In this document: piece after piece, positions 22,896 to 33,665 of the stretch | Layout: each line of letters begins with the position of its first letter | How positions within the stretch are numbered: position 1 is the first letter of the stretch | Origin: an uncultured Planctomycetota bacterium | GTDB taxonomy: Bacteria > Planctomycetota > Planctomycetia > Isosphaerales > Isosphaeraceae | NCBI GenBank assembly: GCA_963845755.1 | Contig: CAWJTV010000027.1 | Span: forward strand, 128,001-192,000 | Reading direction: 5' to 3' | Length of the DNA: 64,000 bases | Notes under the pieces: model-generated | The model's database searches: none | What the model was told of the DNA's origin: nothing | The model's input: the letters and a program-made list of their open reading frames with translations, nothing else | Program-made: the position numbers and the translations under genes

Positions 22896-23926
22896 CTACG
22901 ACCGCTCGATCAATCCCTGGGCGGGGCTGGAGGCGGTGGCGTAGAGTTTCCGGGGGATGCGGCCGGCGGCGGCGGCGAGGCGGCCGGCCTCGACGGCCAG
23001 GCGCATGGCGTGGGCCATGCGGAGCGGATCCGAGGCGCCGGCGATACCGGTGTTGAGCAGCACACCGTCGCAGCCGAGTTCCATGGCGATGGCCACGTCG
23101 CTGGCGGTGCCGACCCCGGCGTCAACGATGACGGGATAGGACGGGTCACCCCCCTTGAGATCCTCGAGGATGATCCGGATGTTGTTGGGGTTGAGCACGC
23201 CCTGGCCGCTGCCGATGGGGCTGCCGGCGGGCATGACGCTGGTGGCGCCGGCTTCCTTGAGCCGGCGGGCCATGATGGGGTCGTCGCTGGTGTAGCAGAG
23301 GACCTGGAAGCCCTCCTGGACCAGCACACGCGTGGCCTCGAGCGTGGCGACCGGGTCGGGAAGGAGCGTGCGGGAGTCGGCCAGCACCTCGAGCTTGACC
23401 CAGTCGGCGCCGGGGTTTTCCAGGCCCGCCAGCAGCTCGCGCCCAGCCGCGCCGTCCGGAGGGCGTCCTCGGCGGAGAAGCAGCCGGCCGTGTTAGGCAA
23501 GATGGTGTATCGCTTCGGGTCGAGATAATCCAGGAGGTTCCGGCCCTGGCGGTCGAACAGGCGCTCGCGGCGGACGGCGACCGTGACGACCTCGGCACCG
23601 CTGGCATCCAGGCAGTCGCGCATCAGATCCAGCGTCGCGTACTTACCCGTCCCGACGAACAGCCGGCTGTGCACGGCGTGCGTGCCGATCGTCAGCGGCT
23701 CGTGCCCGAGGCCGGGGGCCGCGCCCGAGCCGCCACCGACCAGGGTGACGATCTCCAGGACGTCGCCGGTCGCGAGCGCGGTCTCACCCAATCGGGACCG
23801 CGTGACGAGATCCTTGTTGATCTCCACGGCGACGTGTTCCGGCTTGACGCCCAGGTGCCGCAGCAATTCGGCAACAGTCAGCGGCCCGGGCACCTCGCGT
23901 CGCTCGCCGTTAATGATGACCTGCAC
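22896..23926 (-). CDS. thiG: ThiS-ThiG fusion (sulfur carrier plus thiazole synthase), frameshift ~23440
   Basis: ThiS part ([22 protein letters not shown]) reads straight into ThiG ([17 protein letters not shown]); then [29 protein letters not shown] and ASSP. Confidence 0.92.
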
Positions 23927-24026
23927 AATCTCACCTCAGTGGCCGGTTGCAAGTTGCGATGAGCAACTGTCATCGTATCGCCCGCGGCGCGGCAGGGTCA
24001 AGTCGCGGTGGACCGGTGAGGGCGGC

Positions 24027-24043
24027 CTGGCACCGCAATTGCA
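24027..24043 (+). promoter_or_regulatory. sigma54 (-24/-12) promoter
   Basis: CTGGCACCGCAATTGCA is near-consensus and lies about 60 bp upstream of ATG 24106. Confidence 0.7.
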
Positions 24044-24105
24044 CTCGATCCTGCGGTGGGGATTCCATCCGAGTGGAAACGTCATCCCGACCAGGAGAGA
24101 TACCC

Positions 24106-24574
24106 ATGAGATTCTTCGAGCTGATCTGCGGCGCTAGGACTTGTCGTCGTGGGGAATTCCGTGTCGATCGCCCAGGATGCCGGCGCGACTGCGGTCAAGG
24201 CCGATACCATCCGCTCGCCCGAAGCCCTGATCGGCCGCTATGTCATCGTCTCCGGCGAGAAGGACGGACTGACAGAGCCCGCGGGGCGAATCAAGGGCAC
24301 GACCGTCGTCTTCACCAAGGACACCGTCGTGGTCACCGACAAGGAGAAGAAGGAGATCTACTCGGCCTCCTATAAACTCAAGACGACGACGAATCCTTGC
24401 GACATCACCATGACCAGCCGCGCCGGGTCGTCCCCGGGGGAAATCGCCCGGGGCCTGATCCAGAAGGAAGGGAATAAGGTGCGATTAATCTATGCCTTGC
24501 CCACCGGAGAAATCCCGTCCGGGTTCAAGACCAAGGAAAAGCAACTGATGTTCGTCATGGAGAAGGCGCAATAA
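24106..24574 (+). CDS. TIGR03067-like planctomycete secreted protein (frameshift ~24136 in the signal peptide)
   Basis: AGGAG RBS; LIGRYVIVSGEKDG..YKL..NP.DITMT..GLI..EG.KVRLIYALP..PSGF pattern. Confidence 0.7.
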
Positions 24575-25085
24575 TGCTCGGGTCGACGTCGACGAGCCGG
24601 GACGCACCGGTGGCGCAGGCCAAAGGATGTGAGTAATCGGGCGTCGTCATGCGAAGGCGCAACGACACCTACGCCGGAACCCGAGGGTCGCCGTGCGGCC
24701 CGCGGGCCCCAACGCGCAGCCGCGGGGCGCGGTCGATCCAGCAGCAAGTGATCTCACGAAAATTACGCTAAATTTCCTTGATTTTCAGAACATTCACCTC
24801 TAAACTGTGAATCAGTTATCGGAATCACGAGGCCGCGATGGAATGGGCTTCGAGGACTCCATCCGAGCGTCCGTCCCTCCTCCAGGATATCCGCTCAAAT
24901 CGGGATTTCGGTCGTCATCGCGTCCTGCTGATCCTCTCCTGGGGAACTGGTCACGGCTGCCGGCGAGATCGCGCCGCCGTGAGACGACCCGTCGCTAAGC
25001 CGAGATGATGAACGACGCAGGGCGACGGAATGGTTCCGTCGTCTCTCTTCGAATCGACTCGAGCGCCCGGAGTGGGGGACTCGCC

Positions 25086-26168
25086 ATGATTTCCATCTTC
25101 GTCCACCGCAGGCCAAAAACCGGATTCACCCTGATCGAGCTCCTGGTTGTGATCGCCATCATCGGGGTGCTGATCGCACTCTTGTTGCCCGCGGTCCAGA
25201 GTGCCCGCGAGGCGGCGCACCGCGCCCAGTGCACCAACAACCTGAAACAGATCGCCCTGGCGGCCCACAACTATGAGTCGGCCAATGGCAGCTTCCCGAT
25301 CGGCAACCGGGGCTTGCAGTTGGTGTACCCCGGCCTTCCTCCTTGCGGAATCCTCGATGGTTCCGCCTATCCCGTCGGGCATACCGCATTCGTATTCATC
25401 CTGCCGTATCTGGAAAATGCGCCCCATTACAACGCCTATAACATCGTGCGCAACTATGACAGCGTCTCGAATGTCACAGGCATCTCGATCAAGGTGGCGG
25501 GGTATATCTGCCCATCGGACACCGATGCCGCGCCCGATCCCACGGGTACGATCACGGTCACCCAAGCGTCCTACGGCACGGCGCGCGGGCTCTGGGAAAC
25601 GCTCGCGTTCGGCTGGCAGACCACATCTACGCTCCCCGATCCCAAAGGCATGTATGCGAGTACGTGCAATCAGGGCCCGGGCGACGGCATGTTCAGCGTA
25701 GAATGGTCTCATACGATCTCGTCCGTGACCGATGGCCTGAGCAACACGTTCTTGTTCGGCGAAATGTCGCGATTTCGGAACGAACCTCCGGGGTCGAATT
25801 TCTTGTTCAACCTTATCGGGGGGGTCTGGGCCGGCCCGCCGTGGAACGCCATGTCTTCTTTCTGGCCGAACGACGTCCGGATCACCAGTGGCGCGACCGC
25901 CGTCCCGAAGCTGAATGCCCCGCCCGACACGACAGGGAACGTCTTGAACGCCTGCTTCGCCACGGTCTCGTTTCCGCCGGACTGGATCACGGTTCCGGCC
26001 TGTCAAAACTATGGACAATTTGGCTTCCGGAGCCTCCATGCGAGTGGCGCGAATTTCGCGATGGCGGACGGCTCGGTCCGATTTGTCAAGGACAGCATCA
26101 ACGTCCCGACCTATCGCGCCCTGGCGACCCGAGCCGGCGGCGAAGTCGTCGGCGCCGATCAGTATTGA
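25086..26168 (+). CDS. DUF1559 prepilin-type N-terminal cleavage/methylation domain protein
   Basis: [62 protein letters not shown]. Confidence 0.95.
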   Translation: MISIFVHRRPKTGFTLIELLVVIAIIGVLIALLLPAVQSAREAAHRAQCTNNLKQIALAAHNYESANGSFPIGNRGLQLVYPGLPPCGILDGSAYPVGHTAFVFILPYLENAPHYNAYNIVRNYDSVSNVTGISIKVAGYICPSDTDAAPDPTGTITVTQASYGTARGLWETLAFGWQTTSTLPDPKGMYASTCNQGPGDGMFSVEWSHTISSVTDGLSNTFLFGEMSRFRNEPPGSNFLFNLIGGVWAGPPWNAMSSFWPNDVRITSGATAVPKLNAPPDTTGNVLNACFATVSFPPDWITVPACQNYGQFGFRSLHASGANFAMADGSVRFVKDSINVPTYRALATRAGGEVVGADQY

Positions 26169-26291
26169 TGGGCGTCATCCGACATGGGAGCAGGCGCTTC
26201 GAAACCCGCCCGATCGACTGCGAGCATCGTCCTCCCGATCGGGACGGGAGCGGGGCGGGCAGACCGCCCTTCGGCTCGTGGAGAGAGACTC

Positions 26292-26510
26292 ATGATGAGA
26301 TATACGGGGATGCTGATAGGATTATTCATCGCCGTGCTGGCGATCGGCTGCGGCTCCGAGAGCTCGCCGCTGGCCTCGGAACCGGCCATTGCCCGGACGC
26401 CGGGACCCGTCGTCGAAAAGGGCTCCAAGGTTGCCCTCAAGAAGAAAAAGAAAGAGCCCGGCATCGGCGCCGTGCCCAACCCGTCCAAGAAACCACGATT
26501 GCCGCTTTGA
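26292..26510 (+). CDS. Small lipoprotein downstream of the DUF1559 gene
   Basis: Signal peptide with lipobox-like LAIGC and a Lys-rich tail. Confidence 0.6.
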   Translation: MMRYTGMLIGLFIAVLAIGCGSESSPLASEPAIARTPGPVVEKGSKVALKKKKKEPGIGAVPNPSKKPRLPL

Positions 26511-26659
26511 GAGGTGGCGATCGGCCCACGGCACTATGCTGCTCAGCGTACGTTTCTCGCCCCCTGCTCGCCGGCCCGTGGGCCGGCGGGCGCCACAGCC
26601 GGCAACTTCCGAGAAGCCTCAGCCGCGTAACTCCTATAATCCGGCGCAGATGCACCGCT

Positions 26660-26948
26660 TCAGGCGGAGTAAGCACGCGGGACCGGCCCGCTCAGCAGCG
26701 GCTCGATGGATGGCGGCTCGGTAACGGACCCGAGGTTCTCGCCGAAACCGCCACCTGGCGCCGCGATCACGCGGTAGATTGTGTTGACCTGATTGACGAG
26801 CAGCGAGCCATTGTTGGGGTCGGCCGTCGCAAGGAAGCCTATTCTGTCGGGCGTGCCGTCGGCGAGGACGGTCTGCACCTTCGTGGCAATGCTTACCTCG
26901 ATCAGATCGCCGCCGACGGCATACGCGCACAGATCACCTTCCAGTCAT
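26660..26948 (-). pseudogene. Short gene remnant, possibly the C-terminal part of a PEP-CTERM-type protein
   Basis: GAGGAG RBS and ATG 26948 with an immediate frameshift; near the end it reads GSLLVNQVNTIYRV..GGGFG..SVTEPPSIEPLLSG. Confidence 0.3.
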
Positions 26949-27005
26949 GAATGCTCCTCAAGTTGTCAGTGTTGAACATAAAATTGGAATATTTCAGCCT
27001 TATCG

Positions 27006-28484
27006 CTACAGGGCGCCGAGGAACGCGATGAGATCCTCCTTCTCCCGATGGGAGAAGCCGATGGAGAAGCGGGTGTCGTAGAAATCCACCACGGCGCCCA
27101 GGTCGGCGGCGAGGCCGTTGTGGAAGTACGGTGGCCGCGCGGCGAGGCCGCGCAGGATGGGGCCCTTGAACTTGCCGATGTCCTTCCAGACGCCCGTGAG
27201 CAGGGCTCGGCCCGGATCGGTTGTCTTGCGGATCTCGCCGGTCTGCAAGTTCTGGAAGGTGTAGAGGGGCATGTCGGACGTGCGCCGCGCCGCGTCGGTC
27301 ACGCCGATGTCGATCGGGAAGGCGACCGAGTGGTCGCCGATATTGGGAGCATCGTGGCAGGTCGTGCAGGTGCCCTGGATGACCGGCAGGCCCAGGGCAT
27401 CGTTGAGTCCGCCGACGCCCGTGATGGCGATCGGCTTCGTGCCGAAGAGCTTGGCACCGCGCGCGATTGCAGCCCGGTTTTTTTCCCGAGAGCCGGCCCA
27501 GGCACTGAAGAGCGTCATCGCGTCCGGATTGAACGGGGCCCCGCTCGTATCCGCCCCGAGGACGTCGTTGATTGTGACGTAGAACGGCTGCATGGCCACG
27601 TAGGCCGGCCCTCCCTGGGCACCCCGGGCGTCGAGCTCTCCGACGTGATGGATTCTCTGCTGGGCCGTCGCGAGGTTCAGCTCGAACTGAACGATGGCTT
27701 GCGCGACATCGTCCGTCAGCGGGCGCCCTGCGCGTGCCCCGTTGTTGCGTCGTTGGCCTGGTGCTTCAGGTCGTTGAACAGGGCCACCGCGTTCTGGTCG
27801 GGCGTCGCGGTCGCGAGGATGGGTGTCGTGCCCATCGGCGCGAACGACTCGCGGCCGTCCCACATCACGGTGGTGAGGAACCGGAGGTTCGTCGCGGGAA
27901 GGGGACGCCGGAAGAGCGAGAGCTGGGAGGCGCTCGCGAAGCCGTAAGGGTCGTCGACGCCCACGAGCGCGAATTCGGCGCCCGACGGGACGGGCAGGCC
28001 GATCCGGATCAGGCCCTTGTCGAGCAACATGCTGAACGCCTTGCGCCGGGCCTTGACCGTGGAGACGTCCGCGTACGGCGAGTTCGAGCCGTCAACGGTG
28101 CGGAAGATAGGGTCCAGCCCATTTGTCGTCGAGAACCGTTGCTGCAATTCAGCCGGCGTGATCGTCCAGGCCGACGATGCCACATGGCAGGAGGAGCAGG
28201 ACCTCCCGTTGGTTCCGAGGCTCTGGAAGAATGGGTTCGAGAAGTCCAGCGGATTGCCGTCGACCGCGATGGTGCGGAGCACGCCCGAGGGATCCCTCGT
28301 GTCGATCTCGCTCGGCTGGCCGCTCGCGAACGGTCCGGAGGCCAGTAAGATGACGAGAGCTACCGCGTAAACCTCGAAGGAATGGCCGCATTGACCCGGG
28401 CGGAGCCGGTCTCGCCGGGCACGTCAGCGACGGGCCAGCGGGTCGCGGCCCTTTCCGATTCCAGACCGATTTGATGAATCTCAT
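27006..28484 (-). CDS. Di-heme cytochrome c peroxidase/MauG-like secreted protein (frameshifts ~28372, ~27735)
   Basis: Two CxxCH motifs (CSSCH, CTTCH), [34 protein letters not shown] and DLIAFL. Confidence 0.85.
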
Positions 28485-28689
28485 GATAGGTCCTTTCTTC
28501 ATGAACCGAGCCACGGGCTGCGAAACAGGGGAACTGACGATCCTTCCGGGTACGGAGTCCGTCCGTCCCGACGATTTGCGGCGTTGAACTGTCGGCTCTG
28601 ACTGTTCAGCCGCTTGGGTTCCGGTGTTGAAAATGAGGAAGCAGGGATCAGAAGTGTCGTGGCTCTTGGCACGTCCTCCGACCTCTCTG

Positions 28690-31600
28690 TCAGTCTTTCG
28701 TCCCGACGAGTCCCAGGAGCTCTTCGGTCTCGGCCCGGAATGCGGCGAGCTCTTCGATCTCAGGCCTGGGGAGGGCGATTGCCGCCTCGGTCCAGCGATT
28801 CGCGCAATCGTAGGAGTCGCGAGCCCGGGCGGTCTCGCCCAGGCGGTGGAGGCTCATGGCCATGACGTACAGGTCGAAGGCCAGCGTCCTGTCATCTTGG
28901 CGCTTGAGGTTGGGCCGGAGGACTTCCACCGCCTCGCGATAGCGGCCGGCACGGTAATAGGCCACGCCGAGCGTGTTGCGGACATTCGAATTGTCCGTCA
29001 GTCGCAGGGCTTTCTCGGCCAGGGACAGAGCCGCCGCCACGTCGCGCAGCGCCTCGGGCGCCGTCAGGTAAGCCCAGGCCAGATTGTTGCAGAGGTTCGC
29101 CGAGTTCGGGTTCGCCTCGACCTCACGGCGGCAACGCTCGATGGTCTGCTGCGCGCTCTGCTTACGGATCAAGTCGAGCCTGGCACGGTCAACGGGAAGG
29201 ACCCGGATCGTCACGGGTTCGGCGCTGGCCATCTTCCCGGCTACGGGAGGCGGAAAAGCCGGCCAATCCCAATCGAGGTTCATGTCCTCGAGCCGCGATC
29301 GGATCGCCCTCAAGTCCCAGATGTGGATCGCATGGGCATGGACGGCGATCGTCACGAGTTGGGTCCCGTCGGGCGTGAAGCCCTGCCAGGCGGCCCGGTC
29401 GCCGTGCGGGTCCTCGAGCTTGGCCACGGTCCGGCCGGTGGCCACCTCTTTCAGATGAATGACGGCCGGGACCATCTCCAGGGCCATCAGGCGGCCGTCC
29501 GGGGAGAACGCCACCCAGCCGGGGAATTGAGTGGCGTCGCGGGGCAGCCGCCGGATCGGCTGCAAGGTCTCCACGTCCCAGAAGGCGAACTCGTCGCCGC
29601 GGGCGATGATCAGGTCGCGGCTATCGGGCGTGAAGAAGACGACCGTACGTTTTCCCGTGACCCATTCGTGGACCATCTGACCGGTGCCGGCATTCCAGAG
29701 CCGGACGCGGTCGGAGTGCCAGCCGCTGCTCGCCGCCCATCGGCCATCTCCGCTGAGGGCACGGACCTCTCCCTGCGGGTGTTTCCCCAGGGACTGCCGC
29801 ACCGTCCCTGTTTCCAGGTCCAGGATCGTGTTCGAACCGCCTTCTTCCGTGACCACCCCCAGAGTGCGGCCGTCCGGACTGCGTGCAAACCAGGCCCGGC
29901 TCAGGGGAGACAGTTGCCGCGGCGGGCCGAGACGGAGACGCTTCCCCTGCGGATCCTCGCTCGTGACCGGCCAGCGCATCAGGCCATCCAGACCGCTCGT
30001 CAGAAGGCTCCAGGACGGGATATCGGTCGTGACGGAGCTTCGCTCGCCTCGCCCCTCGCCATCGAAGAAGACATAGGTCGTCCATGCGGGCAGCCCGGCC
30101 AACTCCCGCCCACTGTGCAGGTCCCACAGCCGGGTCCCTTCGTTCATGCCCACGGCCAGCAGGCGACCATCCGGGCTGATGTCGCCGTAGCCATAGCCCC
30201 CCTCTCCGGCACCCTCGCTGCTGACCAGGGTGCGATACTCACGGTTCAGCGTCACCGCCAGCAGATCGGCCCGCTCGCCGTTCTTTGTGACCCCAAGCCA
30301 CCGGCCGTCGGCGCTGAATCGCGCGCTGAATCGCGCACCGCTGACGGCGGTCAAGCGCATCAGTTGCCGCCCGGAAGACGGTTGCCACAGGATCAACATG
30401 CCGTCCCAGCCGTGCGAAGCCATGAGGTCACCCTCGGGGTGAAACGTCACCGCCGTGACGTTCTGCGCGTGGCCCCCCAGGGTCGCCACCTTGCGCTTCG
30501 CGGCCACGTTCCAGATTTGAATGCGCGGGTCGGAACCCCCAACCGCCAGACGTTCCCCGTCCGGGTGCCAGGCGACGACCTGGTTGCTCATCTCACCGAC
30601 GGGGAGGTCCGTGAGATGCGTCCCGCTCGCCGCGTCGTAGACGGAAACGACGCGGGAATAGCGGTACCCGACGGCCAGTTTGCGGCTATCCGGCTGGAAT
30701 GCCAGTGCGGTGACGCGATCGGGCGACCGCCAGCGGCGAACTTCCCGTCCCGTCGCCAGATCGAAGCAGAGGACCCACCTTTGCTGGCCGACCGCCAGAA
30801 TTCGGCCGTCCGGGCTGAACGCATGGCTCTCGCACCCGTGGGGCTCGTCCCGGAAGACCGGCTGCCCGTCGGACACGCGCCACACGCGCAGCGGAGACGC
30901 TCCTCCCAGGCCGAGCAGGAACGTGTCGTCGGGGCTGAAGTACAGATGCCCCGACATGGGGCCCGAGGCGATGCGCCGGATCTCCTGGTCGTCGGGGATG
31001 CTGCGGATGCTGATGCCCCCTCGGGTGTCGGCTCGGGCATAGAGCTGGTACTGCCCGCCGTACGCGACCATGGTCGTGCCGTGAGGCAAGGACGGCCAGC
31101 CGGGCACGCGTCGGAGGTCGGGCAAGGCCATCGCGGCGATGGCCTCGTCGCGCAGCCGCTCGTCGGGGTGGATGCCCGCGGCACGGGTCAGTGAGGCGAG
31201 ACTGTCCAGCCGCTGGCCCATCTGCCGGCTGAAGCGGCCGGCGCGGGCCTGGTTCAACAGCGCCAGGAACAACTGTCCTGTGGCGTCCCGCTCGCTCTTC
31301 TGGGCCGCCGCCAGGGCGGCCTCTTTCTGTTTCGCCTCGATCACGGCTATGCCCTGCGCCGAGGTGGCGCGAAGCATGCCCCAGGTCGTGCCGATGATTC
31401 CACCCACCAGGGCCAGGACCACCAAGAAAGCCGTCAGGACCGGCCCCTTGTTCCGCCGCACGAACTTCCGCAGCCGATAGCGGACCGACGGCGGACCGGC
31501 CACGACCGGCTCATCGGCCAGGTATCGCTGCAAGTCCATTGCCAGTCCGTTCGCCGTCTCGTACCGTCGGTTGCGGTCTTTCTCCAGGGCCTTCATCACG

Positions 31601-32727
31601 ATCCAGTCGAGGTCACCCTTGATGAGTCGACCCAGTTCGGCGGGTTCCGTGCTGCGGTGGGCGGCGATCGATGCCAGGCTGATCTCCGGCATCGCGGCTC
31701 CCGACTCTCGGGCGGGACCTGGGCAAGCGCGATTCCGGCTTGTTGTGTCCGACCGGTTGAGCTCCCACAGGCGCGTGCTCGGCCTGGGCGGTTCTTCCTC
31801 GCGAATCATCCGAAGGACCTCGTCGAACGCCGTCCCGTTCATCCGCTGGGTTTCGAACGGCGTCGAGCCGGTCAATAATTCATACAAGAGAACGCCGAGA
31901 GAATAGATGTCGCTACGGGTATCGATGTCAAGGGCGTGGAACGACGCTTGCTCGGGGCTCATGTAGTCCAGCGTACCGACGAGCTGGCCGCACTGCGTGA
32001 ACGTCGTCCACTCGGTCAACTTCGGCCCCGTCGCCTTGGACACGCCGAAGTCGATGACCTTGGCCACCGGCTCATCATCGTATAAGGTCACCAACACGTT
32101 CGAAGGCTTGAGATCGCGGTGAATGATCCCCTTCTGGTGGGCATGCTGCACCGCGTGACAGACGGAGAGGAACAGTTCCAGCCGCTTCCGCGGGGTCAGC
32201 TCCTGGCCATCGCAATACCGCGTGATCGGGACGCCCCTGACCAGTTCCATGACGAAGTAGGGCCGACCGCTCTCCGTGGTCCCGGCATCGTGAATCCTGG
32301 CGATGTTCGGGTGGTCCATGATCGCCATGGCCCGCCATTCCGCGGCAAATCGGCCGATCGCCTGACGGCTCTCCAAACCGGGCTTGATGACCTTCAGCGC
32401 AACGACCCGGCCCGCGGCGTGCGTCTGCTCGGCCATCCAGACGGTCCCCATGCCCCCCTCACCGATCTCTTGCAGCAGCTTGTACGGGCCAATGATTGCG
32501 CCGGGCACCTCGGAGATGGATCGCCGGTTGATCGTCGATAACGCGCGGTCCGGCGCGTCGAGCAACCCGAACGAATCCTCGTGGGCGTACAGGAGGGCTT
32601 CCACGCGTTGGCGCAACCGTCGATTCTCACCGCAAGCAGCATCCAGGAAAGAAGATCGGTCGCCCACCGCCACGAGCTCGATAGCCCGGAAAAAGATCGA
32701 TCGCTCGTCGCGCATGGAGTCGGACAT
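28690..32727 (-). CDS. Hanks-type Ser/Thr protein kinase with TM, WD40 repeats and TPR
   Basis: GEGGMGTVW, VALKVIK, HRDLKPSN, DFG and YMSPEQ; many FSPDG-type WD40 repeats; C-terminal NNLAW/NTLGVAYYRAG TPR. Confidence 0.95.
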   Translation of the reverse strand: MSDSMRDERSIFFRAIELVAVGDRSSFLDAACGENRRLRQRVEALLYAHEDSFGLLDAPDRALSTINRRSISEVPGAIIGPYKLLQEIGEGGMGTVWMAEQTHAAGRVVALKVIKPGLESRQAIGRFAAEWRAMAIMDHPNIARIHDAGTTESGRPYFVMELVRGVPITRYCDGQELTPRKRLELFLSVCHAVQHAHQKGIIHRDLKPSNVLVTLYDDEPVAKVIDFGVSKATGPKLTEWTTFTQCGQLVGTLDYMSPEQASFHALDIDTRSDIYSLGVLLYELLTGSTPFETQRMNGTAFDEVLRMIREEEPPRPSTRLWELNRSDTTSRNRACPGPARESGAAMPEISLASIAAHRSTEPAELGRLIKGDLDWIVMKALEKDRNRRYETANGLAMDLQRYLADEPVVAGPPSVRYRLRKFVRRNKGPVLTAFLVVLALVGGIIGTTWGMLRATSAQGIAVIEAKQKEAALAAAQKSERDATGQLFLALLNQARAGRFSRQMGQRLDSLASLTRAAGIHPDERLRDEAIAAMALPDLRRVPGWPSLPHGTTMVAYGGQYQLYARADTRGGISIRSIPDDQEIRRIASGPMSGHLYFSPDDTFLLGLGGASPLRVWRVSDGQPVFRDEPHGCESHAFSPDGRILAVGQQRWVLCFDLATGREVRRWRSPDRVTALAFQPDSRKLAVGYRYSRVVSVYDAASGTHLTDLPVGEMSNQVVAWHPDGERLAVGGSDPRIQIWNVAAKRKVATLGGHAQNVTAVTFHPEGDLMASHGWDGMLILWQPSSGRQLMRLTAVSGARFSARFSADGRWLGVTKNGERADLLAVTLNREYRTLVSSEGAGEGGYGYGDISPDGRLLAVGMNEGTRLWDLHSGRELAGLPAWTTYVFFDGEGRGERSSVTTDIPSWSLLTSGLDGLMRWPVTSEDPQGKRLRLGPPRQLSPLSRAWFARSPDGRTLGVVTEEGGSNTILDLETGTVRQSLGKHPQGEVRALSGDGRWAASSGWHSDRVRLWNAGTGQMVHEWVTGKRTVVFFTPDSRDLIIARGDEFAFWDVETLQPIRRLPRDATQFPGWVAFSPDGRLMALEMVPAVIHLKEVATGRTVAKLEDPHGDRAAWQGFTPDGTQLVTIAVHAHAIHIWDLRAIRSRLEDMNLDWDWPAFPPPVAGKMASAEPVTIRVLPVDRARLDLIRKQSAQQTIERCRREVEANPNSANLCNNLAWAYLTAPEALRDVAAALSLAEKALRLTDNSNVRNTLGVAYYRAGRYREAVEVLRPNLKRQDDRTLAFDLYVMAMSLHRLGETARARDSYDCANRWTEAAIALPRPEIEELAAFRAETEELLGLVGTKD

Positions 32728-32808
32728 CACAGGTTTCCCCGACACTGTCATTCTTGTGCGAGAGGTAATGCGAGATCGGCGAGCCGAGCGGGCCATTTTT
32801 CTCGAGAA

Positions 32809-33378
32809 TCAGTCGTGGTCGGTCGCCGGCGCCATCTCTCTCATGAGCCAGGCCCGAGCGTACGCCCAGGATCGCTTTGCCGTACGCGGCGAAATCCTCT
32901 GGTACTGGGCGACCTCCTCGATGGTCATCCCACCGAAGACGCGCAGCTTCACCAGCTCGGCCGTTTGTTCATCAACGCCGCTCAACTTGACAAGCGCCGC
33001 GTCGAGGTCGAGCACGTCGTCACCGACCGGCTCGGTCGCTCGGTCACCGATCCCGAGTTCGCAACGCTGCCATTTCCCACCATGGCGCTGGCTGCTTTTT
33101 CGACGTGCCAGTTCCACGAGAATGCGCCGCATGGCCTCCGCAGCCGCCGCGAAGAAATGACCTCGGCTATCCCAGCAACCCCCTTTCTCCTCGCCGACCA
33201 GTCGCAGGTACGCTTCGTGGACCAGCGCCGTCGGCTGGAGCGTCTGGCCGGGTTTCTCTCGTGCCAGCTTCTGGGCCGCCAACCTCCGTAGCTCGTCGTA
33301 AACCAGGGGCAACAGCTCTTCGGGGGTTCTGGGATCGTCATCTTCGATCGCGGCCAGGATTCGTGTGACCTCATTCAT
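32809..33378 (-). CDS. ECF sigma factor, TIGR02999 (Sig-70_X6)-type
   Basis: LLPLVYDELRRLAA, TLQPTALVHEAYLRL, FFAAAAEAMRRILV and W.YARAWL; immediately upstream of the kinase gene. Confidence 0.93.
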   Translation of the reverse strand: MNEVTRILAAIEDDDPRTPEELLPLVYDELRRLAAQKLAREKPGQTLQPTALVHEAYLRLVGEEKGGCWDSRGHFFAAAAEAMRRILVELARRKSSQRHGGKWQRCELGIGDRATEPVGDDVLDLDAALVKLSGVDEQTAELVKLRVFGGMTIEEVAQYQRISPRTAKRSWAYARAWLMREMAPATDHD

Positions 33379-33665
33379 GGTGGAATGTCGCCATGGATTG
33401 TACAGTGTAACAGGAACTAACGCGATCATGAGTGGACGTTCGACGACTGATTCCAGAGATCTCTAGCTAGTTCTACCGCGGCAGGGTTTTTTCGTGTCTC
33501 TCGGCATCTTGAGACAACCCAAACGCTGGGAGACATCGCGGGAAGAAACCACGGCTCGTAAGAGATGGATCGTGGAAGCCGTCGATAACCCGAAGTGGCC
33601 GTTCAGAACTCGGAGTGCGAAGGGGTCTCCGGCGGATGATCGATGGAGTGCTTGGTCGCTTCAGC

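Noticed and set aside
23927..24105. TPP riboswitch upstream of thiS-thiG
   Set aside because: No recognisable CUGAGA / ACCUGAU core with the expected spacing.
28624..31194. 856-aa plus-strand ORF, and similar long antisense ORFs at 20092..21939 and 58318..60696
   Set aside because: Shadows of well-supported opposite-strand genes in high-GC DNA.
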